Assembly (NCBI GenBank): GCA_038882655.1
Contig: JAVZNT010000014.1
Location: 1-23,961 of the forward strand
Source of the DNA: Candidatus Bathyarchaeia archaeon
GTDB lineage: Archaea > Thermoproteota > Bathyarchaeia > Bathyarchaeales > Bathycorpusculaceae
Reading direction: 5' to 3'
DNA length: 23,961 nucleotides
A program made the position numbers and the translations under genes. Under the pieces are notes generated by a model. The model worked only from the letters and a program-made list of their open reading frames with translations, was not told the DNA's origin and did not search any database. Shown piece after piece: positions 7,636 to 16,821 of this stretch (the stretch's first letter is position 1; each line of letters starts with the position of its first letter).

Positions 7636-8826
7636 CTAGGTGCCCCCTTCAAAAATTTTCTTAGCTAACGTTTTTCCAATTTCCATTATGCGCTTCATAT
7701 TCTCATCTGTTGGTGGTCCATTAACTTCCAGTGCGTCGACAACCTCAATTTTGAAGTCGCCGAGTATTTCTTGAATCTGTCTTATTGCGCCTCCACCCCA
7801 GCCATAAGAGCTTAAAACAACCGCAAATTTTGTTGGTGGGCGCAACGCTTTGAAAAGATATGTGGCATAAACAGCCAATGGGTGAGCCCCGCCCAGGACT
7901 GTTGGGGCGCCCAAAACAATGGCTCTTGAGTCCACAAGGTCTTTGGCTAAATCGCCAACATCAGCCACAGCTAAATTGTGAAAAGCCAATTCAACGCCTT
8001 CCGAAATCAGTGTTTCAGCCATCTGCTTAACCATGGCGTCTGTGCTGTTCCACATGCTTACATAGGCTATTGTTGCCTTAGGTCTTGTTTCGCCAGTCGC
8101 CCAACGTCTATAAGCGTTTAAGATAAGCTCTGGCTTTCTATGAATGGGACCGTGGCTCGGCGCTATCATTTTAATGTTTAGGCTAGAAATTTTGTCAAGG
8201 GCTTTCTGCGCCATAGCCCTAAAAGGCATCATTATCTCGCCCCAATAACGCTGAGCGTGAACAAGCAAGTCCCCAACTTCGTCGCTGTAGACGCCTCCAG
8301 CCAAGTGGGCGCCGAAAAAGTCGCACGGGAAAAGAATTCCATCCTCTTCAAGGTATGTGAACATTGTTTCCGGCCAGTGGAGCATGGGTGCCTCGATAAA
8401 GCGCATGGTTTTATCGCCTACGCTTATAGCCTCATTGTCAGCCACAACTTTGATCCGCTCTTGTGGAACGTGGTAATAGACTTGAGCCATTTTTGCGCCT
8501 CTGCCTGTGGCTATTAGTTTGGCTTTTGGTGAAATCTTCATTATGTGCGGTATGGCGCCGGCGTGATCTGGCTCCGCGTGGTTCATGACAACATAGTCAA
8601 TTTCTTCAGGGTTTGTGAGATTGCGGATTTTATCTTCCAAATCTTTTTCAAAGCCCGGATTAACTGTGTCTAGTAGGGTTTTTTCGTTCTTGCCAATTAT
8701 AAGGTAAGCGTTATATGATGTGCCTTTTGGAAGCGGTATTAGGGCGTCGAAGATTCTGCGGTTCCAGTCTCTTACCCCGACCCAGTAGACGTTTTCAGCT
8801 ATTTTCATAATGTTTTTTTCGGTCAT
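7636..8826 (-). CDS. fprA: Flavodiiron protein (A-type flavoprotein, O2/NO reductase)
   Basis: GTSYNAYL, NHAEPDH, LHWPETM, CDFFGAH, APSHG, then a flavodoxin domain (YVSMWNST, SSYGWGGG). Confidence 0.93.
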   Translation of the reverse strand: MTEKNIMKIAENVYWVGVRDWNRRIFDALIPLPKGTSYNAYLIIGKNEKTLLDTVNPGFEKDLEDKIRNLTNPEEIDYVVMNHAEPDHAGAIPHIMKISPKAKLIATGRGAKMAQVYYHVPQERIKVVADNEAISVGDKTMRFIEAPMLHWPETMFTYLEEDGILFPCDFFGAHLAGGVYSDEVGDLLVHAQRYWGEIMMPFRAMAQKALDKISSLNIKMIAPSHGPIHRKPELILNAYRRWATGETRPKATIAYVSMWNSTDAMVKQMAETLISEGVELAFHNLAVADVGDLAKDLVDSRAIVLGAPTVLGGAHPLAVYATYLFKALRPPTKFAVVLSSYGWGGGAIRQIQEILGDFKIEVVDALEVNGPPTDENMKRIMEIGKTLAKKIFEGGT

Positions 8827-8838
8827 GCACGTTCACCT

Positions 8839-8858
8839 TTTATTACAATTGTAATAAA
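8839..8858. promoter_or_regulatory. Perfect 20-bp palindromic operator TTTATTACAATTGTAATAAA
   Basis: Exact palindrome between divergent fprA and the HTH gene, directly downstream of a minus-strand TATA-like ATAAATATAC (8859-8868). Confidence 0.8.
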
Positions 8859-8906
8859 GTATATTTATGCCTTTCCCCACAATATACTAAGGAGGAATGA
8901 ACAGAA

Positions 8907-9302
8907 ATGCTACTACCATGCGAAGTCGCCGTAAAAAGCCTACTCCCACCAGTAAGGGCAGCGCTAGCCAAACAACTAATGACAAAACATGGTCTAAAAC
9001 AGGTGGAGACGGCAAAACTGCTAGGCGTAAGCCAACCAGCCATAAGCCTCTACAACAAGAAAATGCGGGGAAAAGCCCTAGACCTAGAAAAAGACAAAGA
9101 AATCAAAAGGCTAATTGAAGGGTTAGCGGGCTCCCTAGCAAAGGAGAGCTTATCCCACAAAGATTTCACATTAAAGTTTTGCGAGATCTGCAAAGCCGTC
9201 CGTGCAAAAGGCTTGCTATGCAACATGCATAAGGCTTTAGATCCAACATTCGACATCGAAAAGTGCGGACTATGTATGAACCCAGCGCTAAAATGCCCCT
9301 AA
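8907..9302 (+). CDS. Archaeal HTH transcriptional regulator (COG2522-like) with Cys/His-rich C-terminus
   Basis: LPCE start, LKQVETAKLLGVSQPAISLY HTH, CEIC...CNMH...CGLC...C. GGAGG RBS. Confidence 0.88.
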   Translation: MLLPCEVAVKSLLPPVRAALAKQLMTKHGLKQVETAKLLGVSQPAISLYNKKMRGKALDLEKDKEIKRLIEGLAGSLAKESLSHKDFTLKFCEICKAVRAKGLLCNMHKALDPTFDIEKCGLCMNPALKCP

Positions 9303-9311
9303 TTTAAGCGG

Positions 9312-10190
9312 TTATTCTGTCAAGAACCTTATTATCTTCTCGTAAACGTCCTTGTCCCTATAATCCTCTTGCCCTTTGTATATGCTTGGGTTGTCGTTAA
9401 CTTCAACAACCACGTAGTCGCCGTTAACCTCTTTGATGTCGACTCCGTAAAGCCCCTTTCCAATTACACTGCAAGCTTTAAGGGCAACTTCCTTGAGTTT
9501 TTGGGGCGCATTGTCGCGTTTTAAGGTGACTGTTCTACCCCATACAAAACTTGGCTTTCCCCGACGTTTTACACCATGTTTCCATTTGCCCTTTGGCATC
9601 ATATACTTACAAACGTATAGAATTTCACCGTTTAGGACGCCTACACGCCAGTCAAAGTGGGATGGCATAAACTTCTGCACAACAATGTAGTCCGACCGTC
9701 TAAAGAAGCGTTTGGCGACTTCTCGGAAACTTGTTTCGCACGAAACCTTCTCCACATACTTTGAAAAGCTAGTGTAGGGCGCCTTAATAACCATTGGTTT
9801 TCCAAAAAGCTCAAAGATTTCCTCTATCTGCCTATGGTGAAACTCATCTTTATTTAAAAACAGTGTTGGAATGCGCGGCACATCATACTTTTCGAAGAGC
9901 CTATACTGATGAATTTTGTTGGCGCATACTCTAATGGAAATTGGGTCATCAACAACCTTTAATCCTAACTCCCACGCTGTTTTTGAGACTATATAGGCTG
10001 TATAAAGCGGGTCTGTTGTAGCCCTTATGAAGACGCTGTCGTATTTTGGAATTTCTGAAAGCCCATTCCTGAATAAAAAGTTGAAAGTGTGCCCCATCTG
10101 TTCTGCTGTCTGCTTAAAACGTTGGAGAGCCTCAGCTTCGTCAGAATAGGTGAAATTGTATTTTTCAACAAAACATGCTATCCGCGTCAA
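9312..10190 (-). CDS. RimK-family ATP-grasp ligase
   Basis: CANKIHQ, PMVIKAP, VVQKFM, FDWRVGVL, YGVDIKE, VEVNDNP. Confidence 0.9.
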   Translation of the reverse strand: MTRIACFVEKYNFTYSDEAEALQRFKQTAEQMGHTFNFLFRNGLSEIPKYDSVFIRATTDPLYTAYIVSKTAWELGLKVVDDPISIRVCANKIHQYRLFEKYDVPRIPTLFLNKDEFHHRQIEEIFELFGKPMVIKAPYTSFSKYVEKVSCETSFREVAKRFFRRSDYIVVQKFMPSHFDWRVGVLNGEILYVCKYMMPKGKWKHGVKRRGKPSFVWGRTVTLKRDNAPQKLKEVALKACSVIGKGLYGVDIKEVNGDYVVVEVNDNPSIYKGQEDYRDKDVYEKIIRFLTE

Positions 10191-10894
10191 TCAAACCATC
10201 CTTTCCCGGCTTTCCGGGAAACAATTTTAGAAATCATATCAATATCTAAAGGCGTGATTTCTTCCATCTTTAAGGGTTGAAGCCCGCAAAGGTAGGCTTT
10301 CCCATCGAAACGTTGAAGGTGCAACTTGCACACTGGAATATTAAAGGTTTCATAAACTTTTTTGACAATTTCCCTCACATTACCATCTTCAGAGGCGCAC
10401 TCGCCGAAAAAGGACTTAACAGAAATCATTTCGCCACATAGTGGTTGGGCGCAAACGGCATAACGATAATTCATACTTAAGCTTTTAACAGCTCTGTATA
10501 GGGCGGTTCTGTTCTTTGCTGTTTGGAAACTATTAAACGAGAAGGGATTGACTGCGAAAACAACAACTGGAAAGCTGAACTCAGCCATTATCTGCTTAAC
10601 AGAGTCCGTAACAAGATATGGCATTACTGGCGCCCCGTTTTTTGAAGCTCTAACCAGCAGAACTGGCAGCCTGTAGGCGTCTATGGCGTTTTCTGTTGTT
10701 GGAACAACATCATTTCCAAGAATTTCAGCATGAAGCGAAACATAATAACCAGTTTTCATGTACCTGTAGTCGTTGTTTATGTTGAGAATAAAATCTCTAA
10801 CAGAAGACTTGAGGAAGACTGATGGTTTTGTTACGGGCGCGTTTGTTCTTAGGTCGATGTTTGAGACGACCAGCACGCAAGAGGCACCAGACAA
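10187..10894 (-). CDS. RimK-like ATP-grasp N-terminal (RLAN) domain protein with degenerate grasp
   Basis: LNINNDYRYMKTGYYVSLHAEILGNDVVP is the RLAN signature; no ExN motif. Overlaps the RimK start by 4 nt. Likely start TTG 10894 (track gives 10960). Confidence 0.8.
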   Translation of the reverse strand: MSGASCVLVVSNIDLRTNAPVTKPSVFLKSSVRDFILNINNDYRYMKTGYYVSLHAEILGNDVVPTTENAIDAYRLPVLLVRASKNGAPVMPYLVTDSVKQIMAEFSFPVVVFAVNPFSFNSFQTAKNRTALYRAVKSLSMNYRYAVCAQPLCGEMISVKSFFGECASEDGNVREIVKKVYETFNIPVCKLHLQRFDGKAYLCGLQPLKMEEITPLDIDMISKIVSRKAGKGWFD

Positions 10895-10981
10895 CAGAAA
10901 ACAGCTAACACCATTTAGATATTTAAAACTAACTATGCTAATTAGCGCTATTCCTAGCAAAGAAATGTATAAACTTATATT

Positions 10982-12211
10982 TTGGTTAGCTGCAGATTTT
11001 TGTTTAAAGAGGAAGTCTGTACGTACAGAACCTTAGAGGTTCTCGGACCAGAACACGAGTTCTCACTTGTTGACGAAAATTTGAGGGCTTTGCCAATAGT
11101 TGACAAAGTCATAAAAGATATCCACGGGCGAGTTGTAAACTTTGTGGAGCTCAGCAATTTCACCTTTGGAAAGGAACTTCAACTCCACGTGATGGAGGTT
11201 AAGCCTAACAATCCTTTCAAGTCGCCAAAAACCTTTGAAGAAACCATGCATGAGGCCGTTTTAAGGCTTAGCGAAATGCTTGAACGCCGTTATGGTGCTA
11301 GGCTTTTGGGGACGGGGATGCATCCAACATTGAGGCTTGAGGAAACAGCTGTTTGGCCGCATCGCCACAAGCAGATTTATGAGGCTTTTAGCCGAATCTT
11401 CAATCTTAAACAGCATGGGTGGCTTAACATTCAAAGCTTCCAACTTAACATCTCATACGCTGATGAGGCCAAGGCTGTTCTACTGCATAACTTGCTTGCT
11501 AACGTCTGTGCTTATCTTCCAGCTGTTTCAGCCTCTTCCCCTATCTTTGAGGGCTGCCCAGGTGATTACGTGGATAACAGGCTTTACTTTTACATGGAAA
11601 ACCAAAAGGAAATCCCATCGGTAACTGGAAAAGTTGTTCCGGAATATGTCCAGTCCTTTAAGCAGTATAGACGCGAAGTTATTGGTCGGTATTCAGCCGA
11701 TTTAACCAAGCTTGGGGCTCATCGCTGCATCCTCAACAAGGACTGGGTTAACTCTAGAGGCGTAATCTTCCGTTTTGAAAGGAAAGCCCTAGAAATACGA
11801 GTGATGGATGAGCAGGAATGCATAAAATCTGATGTAGCTTTAAGTTGTTTTATAAGGGCGCTGCTTAGGGGCTTAGTGAAGGCGGATGAGCCGCTTCTGC
11901 CGACAGAAGTTTTGGCAGAAGACTTCAAATCCGTTATAAAATATGGTTTGGAAGCCAAAGTACTGCATCCCAGTGGACTTACAGCTAGGCATGTTTGCAG
12001 ACATTTCTTGAAGGTTGCTTGGGAAAACGCCACATCTGAGGAGAAGGAATACCTCCCAATAATAGAGAAGCGCATCCAACATGGCAATCTTTCAGATGTC
12101 ATCAGAGAGAAAGTCGAAGCTAGGGCGCAGAAAACCGACTTGAATGAGGCGATTATAGACGTTTATTCAAAACTTTTAAACAGCCTAAAGGCTAATGAGC
12201 CCTTCCTTTAA
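10982..12211 (+). CDS. Glutamate-cysteine ligase family 2 (GCS2) carboxylate-amine ligase
   Basis: GPEHEFSLVD, ELQLHVMEVK, GTGMHP, HGWLNIQSFQLN, ASSPIFEG, NSRGVIFRF, LEIRVMDEQE. Exact start uncertain (TTG 10982 or 11000). Confidence 0.88.
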   Translation: MVSCRFLFKEEVCTYRTLEVLGPEHEFSLVDENLRALPIVDKVIKDIHGRVVNFVELSNFTFGKELQLHVMEVKPNNPFKSPKTFEETMHEAVLRLSEMLERRYGARLLGTGMHPTLRLEETAVWPHRHKQIYEAFSRIFNLKQHGWLNIQSFQLNISYADEAKAVLLHNLLANVCAYLPAVSASSPIFEGCPGDYVDNRLYFYMENQKEIPSVTGKVVPEYVQSFKQYRREVIGRYSADLTKLGAHRCILNKDWVNSRGVIFRFERKALEIRVMDEQECIKSDVALSCFIRALLRGLVKADEPLLPTEVLAEDFKSVIKYGLEAKVLHPSGLTARHVCRHFLKVAWENATSEEKEYLPIIEKRIQHGNLSDVIREKVEARAQKTDLNEAIIDVYSKLLNSLKANEPFL

Positions 12212-12227
12212 GGAGTTAGGAGCACGT

Positions 12228-12764
12228 ATGCAAGCTGAAGATGAGCGGCAAAAAAACTTCTTTGACGTTTGCGGTACTTGTAAGATTAACTGTTGCTGGG
12301 ATGCCAGACCACCAATAACCGAAAAGCGTGAAAAAATTATTTTAGGATACTTGAAGACACACGGCATCAACATTGAAAATCCTTTTGTGCACGCTGAGTA
12401 CACTTTCCCGAAAGAAACATTGGATGGCTACTGCATATTCTATGATAAGGCAACACGCAAATGTATTGTGCATCCAGTCAAACCTGAAACATGTGTGGCT
12501 GGACCTGTAACCTTTGACATAAACGCCAAAACAAGCAAAATTGAATGGTATTTAAAAATGGAGACAATATGTCCACTCGCCGGAGTTATGTATAGTGACA
12601 AGGCTTTATTAGCGAAACATTTTGATGTTGCAAGAAAAGAGATTTTGCAGCTTGTGAGAGAACTGACTCCTAAAGCGTTAAAAACTATACTTAAGCGGGA
12701 GGAACCGGACACTTTTAAAATAGGGGAAGAAGAAATAGAAGGCGAAGTTCTAAACAAGCTTTAG
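12228..12764 (+). CDS. YkgJ / CxxCxxCC family Fe-S or Zn cluster protein
   Basis: CGTCKINCC, GYCIFYD...KCIVHPVKPETC. ATG 12228 follows an AGGAG RBS (track start 12195). Confidence 0.85.
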   Translation: MQAEDERQKNFFDVCGTCKINCCWDARPPITEKREKIILGYLKTHGINIENPFVHAEYTFPKETLDGYCIFYDKATRKCIVHPVKPETCVAGPVTFDINAKTSKIEWYLKMETICPLAGVMYSDKALLAKHFDVARKEILQLVRELTPKALKTILKREEPDTFKIGEEEIEGEVLNKL

Positions 12765-12786
12765 TTTTAATTTTAAAATTTGCTAC

Positions 12787-13353
12787 TTATCTTATGTAGT
12801 TGATCGCATCTTTTCTTCTAAGCTTTGTTGGTGGGTTTTCATTTTTATATCCTAGTGCCACCACGCAGACGTGTTCACATCCTTCTGGGACTCCTAACTC
12901 CTTTTTCAACTCTTTGCCCTTTTCCGAAATGAACAAGAATTCTGTGGAGGTCATTATGAGCGAACCTAAGCCCAGCGATTCAGCCACTATTAAGATGTTT
13001 TCGGCGGCTAGGGCGCAGTCGATTTCGGCGAAGTGGGCTGTTTTATCAACCGTAATCAGAATCACTGTTGGAGCATTCCAAAAGGGATTAAAGTTCGGGT
13101 CTCTTGCTCGTTCTGCCAAAAAATCTATTCCCAAATTCAGCATATTCTCCTTCATAATCTCAACCATCTTTTTCAGCACTTCTTTGTTTTGAATTACAGT
13201 GAAGTGCCATTTTTGCTGGTTCCGTGCGTTGGGCGCAAGCAAAGCGCACTCCAATATTTCCCGCAGCATGTGGTCGGGTATTTGTTCTGGTTTAAATTTT
13301 CGTATGCTCCTCCTACATTTTATGACCTCTATGGCTTCGTTCACAAATTGCAC
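12787..13353 (-). CDS. Nitroreductase family protein
   Basis: RRSIRKF, APNARNQQKWHF, AAENILIVAESLGLGS, VALGY. Confidence 0.92.
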   Translation of the reverse strand: MQFVNEAIEVIKCRRSIRKFKPEQIPDHMLREILECALLAPNARNQQKWHFTVIQNKEVLKKMVEIMKENMLNLGIDFLAERARDPNFNPFWNAPTVILITVDKTAHFAEIDCALAAENILIVAESLGLGSLIMTSTEFLFISEKGKELKKELGVPEGCEHVCVVALGYKNENPPTKLRRKDAINYIR

Positions 13354-13471
13354 GTCTCCCCTTTTCCATTTCTGTTTAAGGTTTGTTGGTCATTTTTGGT
13401 ATTGGCGAGTTGCAAAAGGCTTTTACCTTTGGTTTTCCGCTATTTTATCAGCATTTGGGGTTAACTGCGTC

Positions 13472-16348
13472 TTGAGAGAACAGCCTAAAAATGCTTTTGA
13501 CCTTCTAGTTAAGCCAGTTCGGCGGTTGATTGAGCAGAGGGGATTCTCTAAACCAACAGAACCGCAGGAAAAGACAATCCCGCTCATTCTTGAAGGAAAG
13601 AATGTTTTGCTCATTTCGCCCACAGCCACCGGCAAGACTGAGGCCGCGTTTCTGCCAGTTTTAAGCCTGCTTTTACAGGAGCCACACGCTCCGGGAATAA
13701 AAGTTCTTTACATCACGCCTTTGAGGGCTCTGAACCGCGACATGCTGGAGCGCCTCGAATGGTGGTGTAACAACCTTGACATTAAGCTGGCTGTTAGGCA
13801 CGGAGATACAGAAACCCGCGAGCGGACAAGGCAGGCTCGAAGCCCACCAGACGTTTTGATAACAACGCCTGAAACTTTGCAAGCCATTTTGGTCGGCTGG
13901 ATTATGAGACAGCACTTGCAGCAAGTGCGCTGGGTAATTATTGACGAAGTGCATGAGATGGCTGACAGCAAAAGAGGAAGCCAACTCGCCCTAAGCCTTG
14001 AAAGACTCCGGACAATGATTGGGAGAGACTTCCAAATAATAGGCTTGTCAGCCACCATAGGCAGCCCGGAAAAAGTAGCCCAATTCCTCGTTGGAAACGG
14101 CCGTCCAGTGGAGATTGTGCGGGTTCCAGTTGCCAGAAAAATGCATTTGAAAATACTTTTTCCAAAGCCTAAGCCGGAAGATTTCGGGCTGGCTGAACAG
14201 CTCTACACGCATCCCGAAGTGGCAGCCAGGTTTAAGGTAATTCGTGACTACATAAGCCGCCACAGATCGGTTCTTCTCTTCACAAATACAAGGGCTATTT
14301 CAGAGGTTTTGGCAAGCCGCTTCAAAGTCTGGGACATGGACTTTCCAGTTTCCATACATCATGGCTCTTTAGCTAAGCCCTCCCGCATAGCAGCAGAAAG
14401 AGGCCTAAAAAACGGCGAGCTGAAGGGTTTGGTTTGCACCAGCAGCCTTGAGCTTGGTATAGACGTGGGCCGCATAGACCTAGTCATACAGTACATGAGC
14501 CCCCGCCAAGTTACAAGGCTCATTCAGCGGGTTGGGAGAAGTGGCCACAGAATAGGACATATAGCTGAAGGAATAATCGTTACGATGGATTCTGATGATA
14601 CACTTGAAGCTTTGGCTATAGCAAGGCGAGCCCTAAAAGAGGATTTAGAGCCAGTTGAAATTCCGCCAAAGCCATATGATGCTCTAGCCCACCAAATTGC
14701 CGGACTACTTCTAAAACAGAAAAGGCTTGAGTTCAACGAAATCCTAGAAATGTTTGTTAAGGCTTACCCATACGCCGACCTAACAATGGAAGATGTTGGA
14801 AAGATTTTGCGCTACATGCATGAACGTTTCCCAAGGCTGGCATGGGTTTCCTTTGAAGACAAGGTGGTTTTGAAACCTCGGAGAACAAAGGCGCTCTTCG
14901 AATACTATTTTAGCAACTTGTCTATGATACCGGAAGAAAAACAGTACTTGGTGGTGGATGAATCAACAGACTCGGCCGTAGGGGTTTTAGACGAAGCTTT
15001 CATGGCGGAGTACGGCAAACCCGGCATAAAGTTTATAATTCGTGGAAGCCCATGGCGAATCCTCCACATCTCAAGCGACAAAGTCTATGTAAAGCCCGTG
15101 GACGACCCAACTGGGGCAATTCCAAGCTGGATAGGTGAAGAAATTCCAGTGCCCTTTGAAGTAGCCCAAGAAGTCGGCTATATTAGGGGTTTTGTTGAGG
15201 AGCAAACCCGCAAGGGTCTGTCGCAAGAAGAAATTGCAGCTAAACTTAGCGAAAGCTACCCATCAGAAAAAGAGACAATTTTAGACGCCTTAGCCGAGAC
15301 TGTTGAGCAAGCCGTTGCCGGAATGCCGGTGCCAACGGATAAACGAATAACCGTCGAAAACTGGGAGGACTTCGTGATTGTCCATGCCCACTTCGGCTCC
15401 CTTACGAACAGAGCGTTAGCTCAGCTTGTTGGACAAATCCTGTCCGAAAGAATTGGATACGGCATAGTGGTTCAGCACGATCCATACCGCATATTCATAC
15501 AGACTATGGGTGCTGCAGACGCCGACCAAATTGTCACACTGTTTGATGAGATGGCTTCAATAGGTGAACAAGCCGTTAGGGATACTTTGACAAGGGCTAC
15601 TGTTAAAACTGGCATTTTCAAGAGGCGTATGATTCACGTGGCAAGACGCTTCGGCGCACTGGAAAAGTGGGCTGACTTCAGCAGTGTAAGCCTTCAAAGG
15701 CTTTTGAAAAGTTTCGAGGGAACCCCAATATTCGAGGAAGCCCTAAAAGAGGTTTTCACAAAAGACTTAGACGTTGAAAGGCTTGTCCAAGTCTTAGCGA
15801 GAATTCATGCTAGCGAAATAAAAATTGTTAAGGTTGAAACTGGCGGAACCGCTACTCCAGTTGCCCGTGTTGGCATTGAACGCGTCAGCATGAAAACAGA
15901 CCTCATCCCGCCTGAAAGGATGCGAGCCGTTCTCATAGAATCTGCAAAGGCGAGATTGTTGAATGAGACTTGCAATCTCATCTGCACGAACTGTTGGAGT
16001 TATGTAGACATGATACGTGTGAAAGACTTGCCAGCGAAACCAAAATGTCCAAAATGCGGCTCAAGGGCCATTGGGCTTTTAAGAGTTGAAGAGGAAAAGG
16101 TTTTGCCGCTGGTCGAAAAGAAGGGTGAAAAGCTCACCAAAAGTGAAGAAAAACTTCAGAGGCAAGCCCTACAAACAGCCCGCCTAATAGAAAAGTATGG
16201 CAAGACAGCGGCGGTAGCTCTATGCGCAAGAAAAGTTCAACCATCAGACGTTAAAGAAGTTCTCGAACAGGAAGCTACACTCACGGATAGGTTTTATGAG
16301 CTTGTTTTGGAGGCTGAAAGAAAAGCCATAAGCAAAAGATTTTGGTAG
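13472..16348 (+). CDS. lhr: Lhr-family SF2 helicase with C-terminal Zn ribbon
   Basis: PTATGKT, ITPLRALNRD, DEVH, SAT, HHGSL, SLELGID, QRVGRSGH, IPSWIGE, C-terminal CTNC...CPKC. Likely start TTG 13472 with GGGGT RBS. Confidence 0.92.
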   Translation: MREQPKNAFDLLVKPVRRLIEQRGFSKPTEPQEKTIPLILEGKNVLLISPTATGKTEAAFLPVLSLLLQEPHAPGIKVLYITPLRALNRDMLERLEWWCNNLDIKLAVRHGDTETRERTRQARSPPDVLITTPETLQAILVGWIMRQHLQQVRWVIIDEVHEMADSKRGSQLALSLERLRTMIGRDFQIIGLSATIGSPEKVAQFLVGNGRPVEIVRVPVARKMHLKILFPKPKPEDFGLAEQLYTHPEVAARFKVIRDYISRHRSVLLFTNTRAISEVLASRFKVWDMDFPVSIHHGSLAKPSRIAAERGLKNGELKGLVCTSSLELGIDVGRIDLVIQYMSPRQVTRLIQRVGRSGHRIGHIAEGIIVTMDSDDTLEALAIARRALKEDLEPVEIPPKPYDALAHQIAGLLLKQKRLEFNEILEMFVKAYPYADLTMEDVGKILRYMHERFPRLAWVSFEDKVVLKPRRTKALFEYYFSNLSMIPEEKQYLVVDESTDSAVGVLDEAFMAEYGKPGIKFIIRGSPWRILHISSDKVYVKPVDDPTGAIPSWIGEEIPVPFEVAQEVGYIRGFVEEQTRKGLSQEEIAAKLSESYPSEKETILDALAETVEQAVAGMPVPTDKRITVENWEDFVIVHAHFGSLTNRALAQLVGQILSERIGYGIVVQHDPYRIFIQTMGAADADQIVTLFDEMASIGEQAVRDTLTRATVKTGIFKRRMIHVARRFGALEKWADFSSVSLQRLLKSFEGTPIFEEALKEVFTKDLDVERLVQVLARIHASEIKIVKVETGGTATPVARVGIERVSMKTDLIPPERMRAVLIESAKARLLNETCNLICTNCWSYVDMIRVKDLPAKPKCPKCGSRAIGLLRVEEEKVLPLVEKKGEKLTKSEEKLQRQALQTARLIEKYGKTAAVALCARKVQPSDVKEVLEQEATLTDRFYELVLEAERKAISKRFW

Positions 16349-16419
16349 AAGGGCTTAGAGACTTACAACAACTTTTAAATGTGAGACCACGTTAATCTGG
16401 GTGAACGCCTCTAACAATT

Positions 16420-16764
16420 ATGTGGAGATTAAGAAGCTTGGAGATAAGCCGAAAAAAACTCCGAGAAGAAGTCCTAAACAGAGTAAAATATGTTAAGAAT
16501 TGTGTTTTGGCAAGGGAACTATGCCTCCTAATCAGAACAAACAGAGCGGTTCTTGAGCCAAAAGACGTGCAGGAGATATGCCTATACATTTCAGGCTTAT
16601 GCAAGGAGGAAGGATGCGAAGAGCCCAGCGAGCTTTGTCGAAGGGCAGCTGAAGCCATAGGCACCGGAGATGAGGAGAAATATTTGGAGTTATGCGCCCA
16701 AAGCGCCATGAAATGTGGAGAATCTAGACGCCCAACACCCAAGAGGGCAACATACGTAGCCTAG
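16420..16764 (+). CDS. Hypothetical Cys-rich helical protein
   Basis: 114-aa ORF with eight Cys in predicted helices; TTTTAAAT box upstream. The start may be TTG 16438. Confidence 0.65.
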   Translation: MWRLRSLEISRKKLREEVLNRVKYVKNCVLARELCLLIRTNRAVLEPKDVQEICLYISGLCKEEGCEEPSELCRRAAEAIGTGDEEKYLELCAQSAMKCGESRRPTPKRATYVA

Positions 16765-16821
16765 AAGGGAAAATCTTTAAAAGAATAAAATATCGGTAAA
16801 ACCAAGAGGGAGGCATGCTCA

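Noticed and set aside
13199-13471. 91-aa N-terminal extension of Lhr in the ORF track
   Set aside because: It overlaps the nitroreductase on the opposite strand and its promoter region, and it is not protein-like. TTG 13472 has an RBS and matches the usual Lhr start.
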